Part shown: one piece after another, positions 49,874 through 64,000 of the stretch
Position numbering within the stretch: the stretch's first letter is position 1
Layout of the letters: every line of letters starts with the position of its first letter
Assembly (NCBI GenBank): GCA_965645245.1
Contig: OZ287067.1
Location: forward strand, 1,116,001-1,180,000
Direction: 5' to 3'
Origin: Massalongia carnosa
Taxonomy: Eukaryota
DNA length: 64,000 nucleotides
Position numbers and translations under genes: made by a program
The notes under the pieces: model-generated
What the model saw: the letters and a program-made list of their open reading frames with translations, nothing else
Told to the model about the DNA's origin: nothing
The model's database searches: none

Positions 49874-51398
49874 ATACGATTTTGATGGAAGACTCCTTGT
49901 ATATACATATCTTTAGCGCTATCTTAATTTCGCGGCGAGAGCTTCTGGGCGAGAGGCGAAAGCGGGGCATGAGGGAGGTTTGGCATTTTGGCATTTTTTG
50001 CATCTTGGATGGAAATTCCCGGGTGGGGGCTGGACACGACATCTTTCTCATTACTTTTTCTTGAATATGACATGAGATTCACGAGTTGTAAAGAGGATAA
50101 CCTTCCTGCATGTTTATCTCCAATTCTTTTCTTTCTTGTTCGATCGGTTGAGTGAGTGAGCGAACGAGTGGATGAGGGAATAAGTTAGTATTCATACTAC
50201 TACAAAATAATCTCGGGTTTTTTTATGTTTCCTTGATCTGCTGTTATAGGGGACATTGTAGGTTTGATAATGGGGAAGAGGCTTTTGTGTACTGTGCGAT
50301 GGGGATGGAGGGAAGAGCAAGGATGATGATGATAGTAAAGCAAGTTGAGGAGTAGAAGAATATATAAATCCCTAACTTATTATTATAGAAAAAGGTTTTG
50401 TCTACATTGTCTTGCATTTTTTGTGGTTATAGGGTGTGAGAGCTTCAAAGTCTAGAGTCAAGACACCCCTTAGCCCTTTCCTACCTCGTTTCGTGGGTGC
50501 CTTCTTACCCAAAATGAAGACTGAAAGTCCGGAACTCTGTCCTGCACCCATTGCCAAAGACCAACTGACTCAATGCCCTGTTGAGGTGAATAGTTTCGTA
50601 TCCAACCTAGGAGGATCTCATCTAAAAAAGCAAACGCATATGGGCTCTGGCCACGTGAATTACGTCCCTCTCTTCGATTTCAGCTTCGAAAACTTGACCT
50701 TCCCTTCTTCAAAGCGTAATGCTCGGCCTTTTTTTGCTCCTTGAATCATGTCAGGAGAACTCGTTTTTTCGCCAGGAAAACCTTCAACGCAGCAGCTAAT
50801 CCAAATTGAGGTTTCCTGAACACTTTCATGAACGGCAAGACAGAGATTGGCCGCTAGATTTCCGGCCCCCGAAGCCTTTCGACACAAGCGTTGTCCCTAA
50901 GACGATGTTTTGAAGGTTTTGTTGAAGAATTATGTAGACAGGAAATTGGCCGCAGATCGCTGTGGGGGTTCGCATGTCTTCCTGCTAGACACTTGACGTT
51001 TCTTTTGATTTCCAGAAACACTATTGAGAAAAAAAAGTACCCTTAGGTTTTGAGGTTGGGCAAACGGTATACCGGAGATCTTTCCCGCAGGCGTAAGATC
51101 GAAAGCATAGACCGGTCTTGGGATGTCCATTGAAGAGGAATTGATGAGATTGGCAGGCCTCGATATAAAGTAGCAATGATATTCAAGGATATCGGCCTGA
51201 GTTGACCTTAGGTTGTATTAGTTTGAGCTTTGGAAATCTTTCTGCTGTGCATATGGGATGTGCTTCGTCAAAGCATGAATCTGACGTCAGTCCGTCACGG
51301 GTATTATGTGTCCTGCTATGGTCAAATCCCATTGTTCGAGATACTTGCTTCTAAAATCTTCACTGCTTCAAGGCTCTGTTCAATAGAAATACGTTATT

Positions 51399-52893
51399 AT
51401 GGCACAAATCTACAACAGCCAGCTTGTAGGTAAGCTATCCCATCAGTGAAGAACATCATTAATACACGGCACAGGATGCGTTTGATATTTATCACGTTCT
51501 ACATGAAGCCAGAGGCCCCAACTCGCTTTTTACAGGCCCTGCTCTTCCTGCATTGGGACATGCAGTGGCTGGATCAACGGGTGCAGCCATCTCAACTGTC
51601 TGCACCTATCCTCTTTCCTTGATCATCACTCGCTTGCAGATACAGCGACAGCTACGCCAAAACTCCACTGCCCCTCATTTGGAAGAATATAACTCGATTT
51701 GGGATGCAGCGCAAAAGATCTACAGTCAAGAAGGGGGGTTGGGGGGCTTTTATGTCGGTCTTTTACAGGACACTAACAAGTCCATTGCCGACTCCTTTCT
51801 CTTTTTCCTTGCCTATAATCTCCTGCGTCAATCCCGTCTCAAACCCCACAATGGTTCTTCAAAGCATCTCTCTGTAGTTGACGAGCTCAGCACTGGCTTC
51901 CTAGCTGGTGCTTTCTCTAAGCTTTTTACAACCCCTATCGCAAATATTGTCACACGTAAACAGTCGCTTTTTATGACGTCCCAGCAATCTACCGATTCAA
52001 TGCCTCCTGATACCTCAGCTCGTTCTATTGCCCGCCAAATCAGAACGGAGAAAGGCTTGCAGGGGTTCTGGTCTGGCTATTCCGCATCCTTGGTGTTGGC
52101 CTTGAACCCTTCAGTGACATTCTTTCTCTTTGAAACATTCAAGCGAACGCTCCTTCCTCGGAGCCAGCGATCAAACCCGTCGCCTCAAGCAATATTTTTC
52201 TTGGCTGCATTCAGCAAGGCTATCGCTTCAACCATCACCTATCCTTTCTCCCTTGCAAAAACCCGCTCTCAAGCCTCCTTCAAAAATAGCTCTCGGAGGG
52301 ACCAGCAGGAAACCATAATTGCAAACCCAGAAAAATACGTGCCGGAGACGAAGACGCATGTTCCCAGCAGCGTTTTTGGTGTCATTCTGCAAATAGTACG
52401 AAACGAGGGCGTAGGTGCTTTATACACCGGCCTTGATGGCGAAATTCTGAAGGGGTTTTTCAGCCACGGCATTACCATGATTGTCAAGGACTCGGTGCAC
52501 AAGCTAATAATTCAGCTCTACTACACTGTCCTGAAGCTCCTCAAAAGATACCCCGGCCCGCAGGACCTAATGGAAGCGACACAAGCGCACGCAACTTATG
52601 CAGTAGACTCCACAAAAAGAAACCTCTCACAGGCAGCAGACTTCATGGAAGTGCAGGGCGTACAGATAGCAGAAACGGCAACGGTAGGCACGACCAACGC
52701 AGTGGAATCGACGAAAGCCAAAGTAACGCCGTTCATCGAACCAATCAAGGACGGAACGAACAGGGCTATATCTGCAGCAGAGGATGGGGTCCAGAAAATG
52801 CTCGAGCAAGGCCAGGGGTTGCGGGAAAATACATCTCAAATTGGACCGCGCACTGGAAGTGGGGAAGGAACTCAAGAAAAGACTTCAGAATGA
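51399..52893 (+). CDS. ANT1: Peroxisomal adenine nucleotide transporter (mitochondrial carrier family)
   Basis: Exon 1 MAQIYNSQL, intron 51426-51474, DAFDIYH…GPALPALGHAVAGSTG; three carrier signatures YPLSLIITRLQ, TPIANIVTRKQ and YPFSLAKTRSQ. Confidence 0.85.
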
Positions 52894-54151
52894 CTCCTTC
52901 TAAGGATGTACAGGAGCAGATGAAGTTCTAGTTGGAAAGCCCTCCGGTTCTTCGCCTTGTGTAGTATTGACAGAGGGACCTACCCACCAAACCAATTGCC
53001 TGACCACCAGTCTCATCCTATCCCCAATCAGGGCCAGTCACTAGCTCTTCAATGGTAGATAGATAGGGAAAGTGCGGAGCCTACACACAAAACTGCCATC
53101 ATCCCGGTCAGAGCCACGTGCAGGTTAATCGTACATATCTACTCAGGTACAGACAAGATCTACCCATGGAAAAAGCCGATGATAGGCAGATCCATATATT
53201 GTACCGTAGATGCGGAATGAGCGTTTTTTCTCTCTCTTCTCTTTGGATCTAAATGGAAGGGTTTGGAACTTGTAAGAGGTGGATTTGGGGAGAAATTGGT
53301 ATGGGTAATCAGGAGTAGTGTGTAGTCAGATGACCTCGGGCAGACAAACCAAAGGCCAAAAACAAAACATACTTACTCGTACTCGAAACAAAAAAAGGCT
53401 CGAACTCTGACTCTGATGAACGCGTTTCTTGGCTCATGAACTTGATTGTATAGTTGGGGGGAAATTGTTCATGTTAACTCCTGAATATGCCACGGATAAA
53501 CATTCTGCCACACCGACTTCTTTCCCACGAGATCTCCAACAAACCCCCAGCGATGCCGTCCCCAGGCGTCGTTCACCGCAGTGAAACCCTAGAGAAGGCA
53601 CCAGACAAGCCTTCTTAAACAGATCAATTCCTCGTCTCGTCCTCCTCTTGCGTTCTCTCCACATTCCTACCCATTCGCCCCCATAGAAGGGATAAACGCC
53701 GAGCTTGCTCGGCTGGCTGGATGGGAGTCACTAAGCCACACAGCGATGCCAGCTGATTTAGGTGCTCAGGACAAACAACTATCTTATCATATTGTTGATA
53801 GCCTAACAGTTCTCTTGCTCGGAATTGACTATGTTTCCCTCTTCCCTCTAGATCTGCTAGCCACTCGGTTGAGACTACACAATCGCAACTGCCGCCTGAC
53901 CGCGGTAAATTATCGAGTATTGTCTCCCTTTTTGATGATTTGGATGGCTCATTAGTGTGGGGGGATACTCCTGGAGAAGACTCCGCTGAACGCTTCTAGA
54001 CTCCCGGTCAAACCTGTGTAAAAGCCGCACTTGTTGGTTTTGATACAGATGGTTGGTGGAATAGTAGGCGTTTCCTGGGAGGCGCGCTCAAAAGACCTAT
54101 TTTCTTTGGTCTAACCTTCGCCTTCGTCTTTATAATCTTCTATTCTCTCAA

Positions 54152-54790
54152 CTATATCAGGAGCTGGCAACCCATATACCAAGATGCCGTGTTCCCCATA
54201 GCGCATCTCAAGCTTGCGCCGCATGGCCAGTGGTATGGCAGTATGTCTCTGATTGTCCTTACATGCGGTGATCGGGATGCTCGTTTGAGAGGCAGCTTCT
54301 TACCCTTCTTCGTCAAGCGTTCTACAATGGCCTGGTTGACTCGCGCTACTGCGTCAACATAAGACATTCTTGCTGAGCACTTGCGTTCGACAGACATGGC
54401 ATTGTTGCCGTATCCCAGATAGAACCCCGTATCCACATCCTTCCAGTTCTTGGCAATCCCCCTCTTTACTTCATCTCTCATTCTATCTCGGGCCCCAATG
54501 CCCTCTGCTATATATTTCACGTAACCAATCCTCTCGCGCTGCTGTGCCTCCCCGGGCAACAGCTCACGCATGGTGTCATCTCGCTTTAGATAACCCCAGT
54601 ATTCAGCGCCTTTGTCAGCAAACTGCTCTCCTACAGCTTGCATATGTTCCGCAATCAATGATTGAGCCTGAAGGTGTACAGTGGGCGGCAAGGTATCTAG
54701 GTAGGCAATAGCAAACTTCAGCGACGTGAAACCTCGGTCGCCAGCGCAGATCTGGGTCAGCTCCCACTCATTTTTCTGGTTTGAAGTCAT
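54152..54790 (-). CDS. Hypothetical protein or gene remnant, no recognised domain
   Basis: 212-aa ATG-initiated ORF; the first ~160 aa read like protein and the tail looks out of frame. Confidence 0.35.
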   Translation of the reverse strand: MTSNQKNEWELTQICAGDRGFTSLKFAIAYLDTLPPTVHLQAQSLIAEHMQAVGEQFADKGAEYWGYLKRDDTMRELLPGEAQQRERIGYVKYIAEGIGARDRMRDEVKRGIAKNWKDVDTGFYLGYGNNAMSVERKCSARMSYVDAVARVNQAIVERLTKKGKKLPLKRASRSPHVRTIRDILPYHWPCGASLRCAMGNTASWYMGCQLLI

Positions 54791-55895
54791 GCTTGGGGAT
54801 TGCTATGGTATACTTTGAGGGAAAGATTGGTTGGGTGAGATATGAAAGTGAGAGTTGGACAAGAAGAGCAAGGCTTGTAGTATTGGCAGATAGTATTAAT
54901 AGCGATCTTAGCGGACAAGATTAAAGGTTTAGTGGAACAGTGGTATAAAAGAAGCTGAAGGTTTGTCAAGAGGTGAAGCAACTGGGGTAGGGAAGTAAAG
55001 ACGAGATGTTTTAGGAGCAAGGAGTTTTGTAGTTGGAATGGTGAGCGAGTCCGCTTCATGAATCTCTATTTCTCAAGGAAATCCTCACTTCTTCACGCAT
55101 ACATAGGAACGACTGAGCATACACACAGAGTATTATTTTTTTCCAACCGATCTGCTATATGCCAGAAATCGGCGGGATTATTACAGTTAATAATCAGTAT
55201 TCAGGAAATGACAAAGCTGTCTGGAGTCTATATTGACTTCTTCCGAACTTATTTCTCAAATTGCGTTTCGAGTTAACTAGTGGGAGTTTGTTTGATGAAA
55301 TGAAAGTTCTTTCAATTGATTATCATCATCCTTTGCCTCAAGACTTCAGATGTGCACGTCTAAGCCTCTTTGGGCTAATAAGCTGATTGCGCAGCTTTCC
55401 TATTACAGTCAGATATGGCTGAACGATTAATGGTGACAGTTCGACCATCGGGTCTTATCAGACCAACTATCGGCGAGCAATAGTTAATTATCAACAAGCA
55501 TCTACAACACTGACCTGTAGGTATGTAGGTTCTATTCTAGTAGAATGGACAATTGTTGGAGGTAGATGAATAAGGAAATAGGCGGTGTACATTTGTACAT
55601 GCATGCCACATCTTGTTGCCGATTCTGAGAACCAAGGATATGAGCCAAACTACTCATCCACAAAGTCAGCGTTTTATTGCATTGCATTGCATGATTCATC
55701 TCCATTTGCAATTCGTCCCGCCATCATCGTTCCCTTCCCAGCTAAGATTTCCGAGAATAAAAAAAGGAGCCTCGCCTGCCTGCCTCCCTTACAAACGCCA
55801 CCGTTGCCCAGCCCCTGCCCCGCGGCAAAGGCATGCAGTTTCCATCCACTCCGTTCCAGATACCGATGGCGCTTTTCCCATACCTAAACCTCCGT

Positions 55896-56795
<900 letters not shown>

Positions 56796-57973
56796 TCAAA
56801 GTAATGAATAAATTGTGGGAAATTTAGAAAGAAAGAAACAGGAAAAGGAGGGCTGCTTGGCTTAAGTACTTTCAGCGGCGCAGAGAGTGATTCAAGACAA
56901 GGCGCTAGGCTCTGTTGGGGCCAAAGGTAAAGCGTGATAGTTTATTTGTTGTTCGTGTCTGCCTAACGAAAATCCTGCTTGTTTTTCAAAGCTCTCAAAT
57001 CCGAAGATTCAGGGGTGCGGAATTGGGGGTGCGAAGTTCGGTGTTGTTTGATGTGAATTTGGAGTTGCTAGCGGCCTTGCGGGTCCGGTAGTCGTGGAGC
57101 ACCGTACAGAGTACAGAGCATTCCTTGAGGCTTACGGTCAGGTGACGTGAATCCAATTCGATTTTCGATTTACTCTTGAATCCTTTCGCAATATCAAAAG
57201 GACTGAAAAGGCTAGAATGTTGCGCATTTTACTGAACCCCTCAACCTCATATTTCTATTTGTTAGATGCTTGGTATTTCCTTTAATCGACATAGTTACGC
57301 TATTACTCGTCGCATTTCCATGTTGATAAAATGCGCATTGAAAACCTGCAACCGTACGACAGGGTCTTCTTCAATCCCACAAAATCACGACATGAGATCG
57401 ATTGGGTGCAACTCGATTCTCTACGAGTTGGAGGGAACCTCCGGAAAAAAGCCAGGAAGCATAGTGTCATCTCACGAATACCATCTGATCTTCCACAATC
57501 AACTTCAATTATCATTCTGCAGATGCTGCTTCATCTTCGTTGAAACACTGTAGAGATACAAGACCAGCTTTCCTTCTGCTAGGTAATGCAATGCTCAAGC
57601 GTGTTTTACGGTCATATCTTTGTCCATCGGCAATGTGTTCTTTATCTCGTTTTATCCCCAAAGTCTAATTTTGTTCTCTCTTGCATCGCCGATGATTATT
57701 CCGGGTTGCTTTTAATCATTGAAGTATACTTGTGCTTTTACCACATGGTCTGCGTTTCCAGCATTGGAGGGGTTAACATTATAAGTGTCGTCTTGGAACA
57801 ACATCGGTTAACATGTGCGCTTAATTGATTTGGATCATGGTCTATGTTTTATCTAAGCTGTCATCTGGCTAAGCCTTATTTAGAGGGTGGGAAACTGTCG
57901 TTAAGCTTCATTGAAAGACGACTAGTACTTTTCTGACTTTATCTAAAGGGATAAAATGATCTAGAGGATTCAT

Positions 57974-58610
57974 ATGGCTTTGGGGGAAACGGCTATTGCC
58001 TATATGGTAGCGTTACTCTTATTCACGCTGCTCTTTGATGTACATGGCCAAGGTTTCCCGCATCCATCGGATATCCTTGGCTGCAGTTGCAAGTATGGAG
58101 AGGCCATGGATCAAGCTTCCTGTCATACTGCCTTCAGTCAAATACCCCAAACCGACGAATTCCAAGTCTCTTCTCAAGAATCATCATGGCGGGTGGTCAC
58201 CTACTTCAACTCCTATGAGGCTGATTCTCCGGCTCCGTCACTCCATGTACCCATTCATTACACATCTTCAGATGGCGAGCTCGGATTTTGATTTCCGTTT
58301 CCTCTTTTAGCTGAAGTGAGCCAAGTAGTTCTTTCTTTTTAAATAAGGATCTCAACATTGGAAAATGCATTTCATGAAATGCTTACCATTGGTGCCTAAG
58401 GTGTCTATACCGTTACGATGGAGGCTACGCCCGCCGCTGGCGCGCTCTATTTCGAAGCTTATGATCAGGATCATATTTGTGAAATGGCGGAAGAAGTGCT
58501 TTTGCAATGCGTGTATCGGAAAAATCTAGGGGTTTTATAACAGTGGGGATACGATCAACTGTTGAAAACCGGTTTGCCGAACAAGGCGGCAAGGCAAGTT
58601 ATTCAACAGT
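57974..58610 (+). pseudogene. Small secreted Cys-containing protein, probably frameshifted
   Basis: Signal peptide, CSCKYG…SCHTAFSQIP…VPIHYTSSDG, probable intron, then HICEMAEEVLLQCV…; adding one G at ~58530 would restore GGFITVG. 3' end uncertain. Confidence 0.45.
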
Positions 58611-59970
58611 GGCTCCGCATACCTCGGGTGCTCAAAGGCTTCTAGGCTTCTGCTTACATTCTAGTCCTTTCAAGAGCTAGAGCCAATTCATTTCATGATT
58701 ATCACTTTTGCAGTCATGATGCTGAAAACAAGGACCCCGCAACGGGTGACCCCGGTGTCCCTGGAGCTCTCACCAAAGGATCTCAATAGGAATACAATAA
58801 GCCCGGGGCGAACAACCATGCTATTTCGCGAGTAAGTGCAAGCTTAAGGTCAGTTTAGGATCGAATGAGTCGAGATCCTGGTATTCCTTGGACAGACAGC
58901 GTTACGGGCTAGCAAACACTCGCAGTAGATGTCATGAATCTAAACACCGCTTGGGATGCAACGTTGGGAAATCCAAGCAAAGTTAAATGTTTGCAGGTAG
59001 CGTGGGAATACCAACTCACAGGAAACGTAATGTTTAATCCTGCAAACAGACTATTCATCAAGATTGTTGGTATGTTTCCCATTGAACATGAGACTTCCGG
59101 CTTCAGGAAGACTATTAATGCTATAATATACTAACATTGTCATAGGAAACTGTGCAATTGTAATCGGATTCAAAGGGAAAACTACAGATGCATCGACTGT
59201 TATTAGAACCGTGGTAGATTTACTTGGGAACAGTACTTGGGATGGCCGGGGGCACCGGGTGTTGGAGGAACCAGTATTAGTACGGGTCGAGATGGCAGAG
59301 CGCGCGGTAAAGGTGACAGTATCAATCTTGCTATTAGCAGGCTTCCAAAGAAGGAACAACTGACACACCCTACGCCTCTAGCTATTCCATTTCCACCTGG
59401 AATGGAGGTTGCTATATTCGAGCGAGAAGTCTTTAGAGGCCCTTCCACGAGTACCTGCGCGTGGGGCTCATATCCAGTTATCGAGGCGATATCAGGAAAT
59501 GCCCGGCCGTTCTGGGTCCTTCTGGAAAACCATCTGGTTAGAAACAAGGGGCTTTGAATATAAGCGGAGAGGCGGTATTTGCACTTTGTAGGTGTGGCTC
59601 AAACCCTGGTCAACCATGGGAGATCACGATCGTGGCAGGGGCGTTGTGCGTACCTACTCAGATACAGGTTAGAGGTAACTTGTTCGCATCTACGGACCGA
59701 ATTGGCTTGCAAGAGCGTAGATATTGGCAATTTAGACTGATAATATGTAATGTATCTTTGAAACTGTATTCATGTATTGAAAAGAATTGAAGGATTGCAG
59801 CCTTGACAAATCTCCGAGATCCATCTGGCTAAACCATTTACGTGTCACGTGCATATCAATCGAGCCTTTGCACATCGCTTATCGATAGAGGTGGTTTAAC
59901 ACGAAATTTGTTGTCTCAGGCCAGTTTTATTTTACTAACTAAGAATCTATGGTAGAAGCTGTTCAGTAAG

Positions 59971-61076
59971 ATGTCTAATGCTCACCACGTTCGACCTACT
60001 TCCATCTTCTCCTCCCAACTTATAAACGGCATTTATATTCCCTCTGGCCTGCTTATCTTTGGAGTAGCAATCGTGAAGACGGAATGGGTTCCTTATGCTG
60101 CTGTACTAGCATTACTGTTGGCATCTTGGAAAATTTATAGTAACCGTCAGTATTTTGTTTCTTTTGCCCAAACTCACACTAATTGGATTCGCGTCTTAGG
60201 TGCGAGAAAATGCCTTAAGCCGGATGAGTACCAGGAATTCCATCTGAAAGAGAAGACGATCCTCTCGCATAATGTGGCCATGTACGATACTACAATCCCC
60301 CCCTCAATAGAAACAACTAATCCTGTTAGTTATCGATTTAATCTTCCTAAGCCCACGGATATATTGGGCCTTCCAATTGGTCAACATATGTCTGTTGCTG
60401 CTACAATCGAAGGCCAGCCTAAGGAGATTGTTCGCTCTTATACCCCGATCTCATCGGACGAGAACCCAGGCTACTTTGACCTTCTCATCAAATCATATCC
60501 AACTGGGAACATCTCGAGGCACATGGCGTCTCTTAAAATAGGTCAGCCATTGAAGGTCAAAGGGCCTAAGGGGGCAATGGTGTATACTCCGGGACTAGTC
60601 AGGCACTTTGGCATGATCGCTGGCGGTACTGGGATTACTCCAATGTTGCAGATCATCCGAGCTATCATTAGGGGGAGACCACGTTTGGGTGGGAGAGACA
60701 CGACGAAAGTCGATTTAATATTTGCCAATGTGAACAAGGAGGATATTTTGCTTAAGGAAGACTTGGATGCGCTCGCAGCGGAGGACGATAAATTCCGGGT
60801 ACATTATGTACTCAACAATCCTCCAGACGGATGGAATGGAGGGGTGGGGTTTGTCACTCCAGATATGATCAGAGTATATCTCTCTAAAGCAAGGTGCTAG
60901 GCAGGAACTAATTAACTGTGTATTAGGCTAAACTACCTGCACCAGCTCATGACATTAAGATCCTTATATGTGGTCCTCCTCCTATGGTTAGCGCCATGAA
61001 AAAAGCCACGGAATCATTGGGCTATGATAAACCAAGACCTGTCAGCAAGCTGGGCGATCAAGTTTTCTGTTTCTAG
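59971..61076 (+). CDS. CBR1: NADH-cytochrome b5 reductase 1
   Basis: [57 protein letters not shown]…DQVFCF*; introns near 60146, 60282 and 60874. Confidence 0.93.
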
Positions 61077-61482
61077 TACCTCATGCCCGCATCGATTGCG
61101 TATTTTAATCTTCAAGGAGGCATATATATTTTTGCCTTCATAGATTGAGCCTCGGCAACTGTTTCCTGGCTGTCTTATTCCACAATATCAGGCTCGATTG
61201 GAATTGTTAACCAACTCTCGCATATGAAGGATTAGAGGCCTCATGGGATGTATAGCTATAGCAGAACAGGAATGATTATAATCGAGGGTAGAGAACACAA
61301 TGCCCTGGACTGTTGAAGTCCTTTTGTACTAGATGTTCATCCGTCTTATCAATGCATCATGTAGATATCGCGTCTTCTCATTATTTGTATCACTCATGGC
61401 TGGGCGTCGATCATGAATTAGAAGGATCTTTCCTTGGTAGAATTCTTCACGTCGAATTTAAAAAACAAATCGGTTGGGACCG

Positions 61483-62073
61483 CTATCGATATTGCACCCT
61501 TTGCCCGCCACGCTTTTCCATTTTCTTCTGCCGACTGCTAGTATTCGCATCATGAGATGCAGCATCACCAGTCCCTTGACCCGTTATTCCTCCCATAGTT
61601 TGCTTTATTCCACCAAATGTGGTATACATAAGCCAGACCGAGTACAATGGAACAACAATCCATAGCCACCAAGCTCTATTGCCAAACAAGCTTGCCATGA
61701 CAGTCGATCCCCAAGACCAGTAGAGAACATCCCACAGATATTCGATCAATCCCTGAGCTTCAAGGTCTTCTCCTGATTTATGGAGTTCTCCATTTTGCGC
61801 CATTGTAGGGCGCCCAATTTTTTCTAACCAGAACTCGATCGCAAAGCCCGGCAATGCAAAAACGAAGTAGAGCAAATAGGTGGCACGAGTGCATGAGGCT
61901 CGAAACAATAAAAAGCGTAGGATCACGAAGAAGAGGTTGACCCCAAGAGACGTCAGATGTGCGCGTTTCAAGAATGCTAAGTTGCGCGTAGCTTGCTGCT
62001 TTGCAGCTTTCTAACACGCTGCATCAGCTCAATGCAGCCGTATTAAGCAGATGGACAAACTCACATGCGCCAT
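61483..62073 (-). CDS. SND2: DUF788/TMEM208 (SRP-independent targeting protein Snd2)
   Basis: Micro-exon MAH, intron 62064-62011, KAAKQQATRN…SGEDLEAQGLIEYLWDVLYWSW…RQKKMEKRGGQRVQYR. Confidence 0.88.
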
Positions 62074-62719
62074 TATGTTTGGTCAGTATTGGGTGTACCT
62101 GAGGACTTATCAAAATTCAGTGGAAACCAAGGAGAAGTGAAGATTGTCTCGTTGCCATGCCGGCATGCATGGAAGCGCCGCTTTACGGGTTGTCCAATCA
62201 GAGATCCTGACCAACCGTGAAAAACGTCGAACGAAAACATCGCGCTTTTTTTGGACCACTTCATCAGTGTCACGCTAAATCAGTTGTCGAAGTCGTCACA
62301 AAGTCTCTGTAGCCTTCAAAGTAACCAGAAGCGCTGTGTATCTTGGCATGGATCAATATCACAGAATGATTATTTTCAGGCGTTGATACTTCCAAAGCAC
62401 TTCCGCTCACCAACAAGCTCATTCAACTTTCTTCGTTCGTTCTACCATTACTAGATATTCGGTCCTTCAGCCGTACATACCTTTTGAGGAAGTTACAAAT
62501 CAAGCAACAATAATATGTTACAGGAGGAGCAGCCACCTTCATTACGCTTGATGTCCGGCAGAGTCTTCCGAAGCCAAAGCTCCCGTTATAGATGAGCCGA
62601 TTTTCCATAAAGCCTTCACCAACTACGCATTTTCTCGCGAACCTCGCTCCTCGTTGATCTTGTTTCTATTCTTTAAGCCGAAGCCGTGACTCTCTCAGTG
62701 GCGATCCTCTTTCTCCAAG

Positions 62720-64000
62720 ATGTCGCCTGTGAACCCACATATCATCAGTCAACTACGACAGCTAATCTACTACCACCTAGATTGTAACCTCCTACGGAAT
62801 GCTCTATTTCTAGCAGGACGCCTCCACGCATATGAACCACGGTCATCGGAGGCGGCATATCTTCTGGCCCTGTGCCATCTTCGTCTCGGCCAGCTTAAGG
62901 CAGCGTACGATTATAGCAAAACATCAGGATCGAGGGGGAACCATCTGGGATGTTCATACGTCTTTGCGCAAGCTTGTCTAGGCTTGGAGAGATTTATTGA
63001 AGGTATAACCGCAACGGATCGATGTAGGAATGTATGGGCGACAAGAAGCAACTGGAGTGAGTGTTCCGCAAAATGGTCAAGCCTAGAGTTATAAACCTGA
63101 TATTTTCATTCAAGACAAACATACAGATACACGACGGCAACAATTACCAGACGCTGCAGCGTTTCACTGCCTACAGGGCAAGCTGTGGCATGCCCACCAT
63201 GATACAAATAAGGCGATTAGCTGTTACGCCGATGCACTGAAGCTTAATCCCTTTATGTGGGATGCTTTCATTGGCATTTGCGACCTTGGTAGGTGGTGTG
63301 TAGGGTGTTGGGTGGAGGTAACGCTGAAATATCACAGGGGTAAAAATTCGAGTACCGAACGTCTTCAAGATGACTCAAGAGATGACGAGTGTCCTCTCAA
63401 ATCTAGCTGCTGATGAGAAATCGCCCGATGTACTCGAGGAATCACAAATTTCCGTTGGCCTTTCCCAAGCGCAGATGAACAGCAGCAATCTTAATCCACC
63501 TCATGCTAGCAATGATCCTTTCAGTATATCAAAAAACAGAATCAATGGAGAAGTCCGCGTCACTCAGGGTAGCTCCGCGCTATTCGAAAAACTGAACGGT
63601 AGCAAAATTAACGTCACGCCCATAGGTGGAGGAGGGGGACTTGGGTTTCACAACCTAGACACACCAACAGGCTATGGGGGGGTAAGTGCGGAGGTGCTGC
63701 CTGTGAAAGATTACGGTGAAGCCGTCCCAGCCATCCCCAGCTCGATCGAGCCGCCGACTGCTCCGACAAGAAAGGCGCGGACTTTGCCGGGGCTGGGCAT
63801 GGATTTTGGCGTTGATGCACCACCGAAGATGCGGTCTAATTCCGTAAGACCGAAAACTAGAAGCAAAGGCGATTCGGAAGAAGCAGATAGTATTGCGCCG
63901 AATAGGACATCAACTTTGAGCAACATCTTTAGCGGTGATCGAAAACGGACTGTCTCTGGTCAACCAACACAAGCCTTTGTGGCGAGTTCAATCTCAAGCA
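62720..64000 (+). CDS. CDC27: APC/C subunit Cdc27/BimA, 5' part
   Basis: QLRQLIYYHLDCNLLRNALFLAGRLHAYEPRSSEA, HLGCSYVFAQACL; second exon LPDAAA…ALKLNPFMWDAF; introns from 63057 and 63289; runs off the window. Confidence 0.92.

Noticed and set aside
50436..51130. Short ORFs upstream of ANT1
   Set aside because: Coding-like, but no consistent frame or recognisable family.
51440..51553. ANT1 start codon loss (ORF track starts at TTG with a stop upstream)
   Set aside because: Resolved by exon 51399-51425 and GT-AG intron 51426-51474.

Overview
Intron-containing genomic DNA from a filamentous ascomycete; a lichen-type Lecanoromycete is plausible from gene style but not proven. A backbone of conserved genes is present: delta-12 desaturase 3' end, SCC3, FMP27/Hobbit, FEX, RING-SH3 ligase, CFEM, DUF3712, ANT1, histone H4, CBR1, SND2 and the CDC27 5' end. 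Two accessory islands interrupt it, each between tail-to-tail core genes and each ending on the right in a copy of the same ~300-350 bp terminus-like repeat next to a (TA)n tract. Island A (~1.6-15.65 kb) carries an ankyrin/Zn-finger gene, a SET remnant, an orphan coiled-coil gene and a ZNFX1-type helicase/RZ-finger gene with one nonsense codon. Island B (~27.1-41.1 kb) carries a SesB-NACHT-WD40 NLR plus pogo, Tc1, piggyBac and probable LINE remnants. Between the islands, a frameshifted FMP27 5' half is fused out of frame directly to the 3' two-thirds of the essential cohesin gene SCC3, which is either a real deletion in a decaying duplicate or a misassembly. Exon boundaries and family calls were read by eye; no database search was run.
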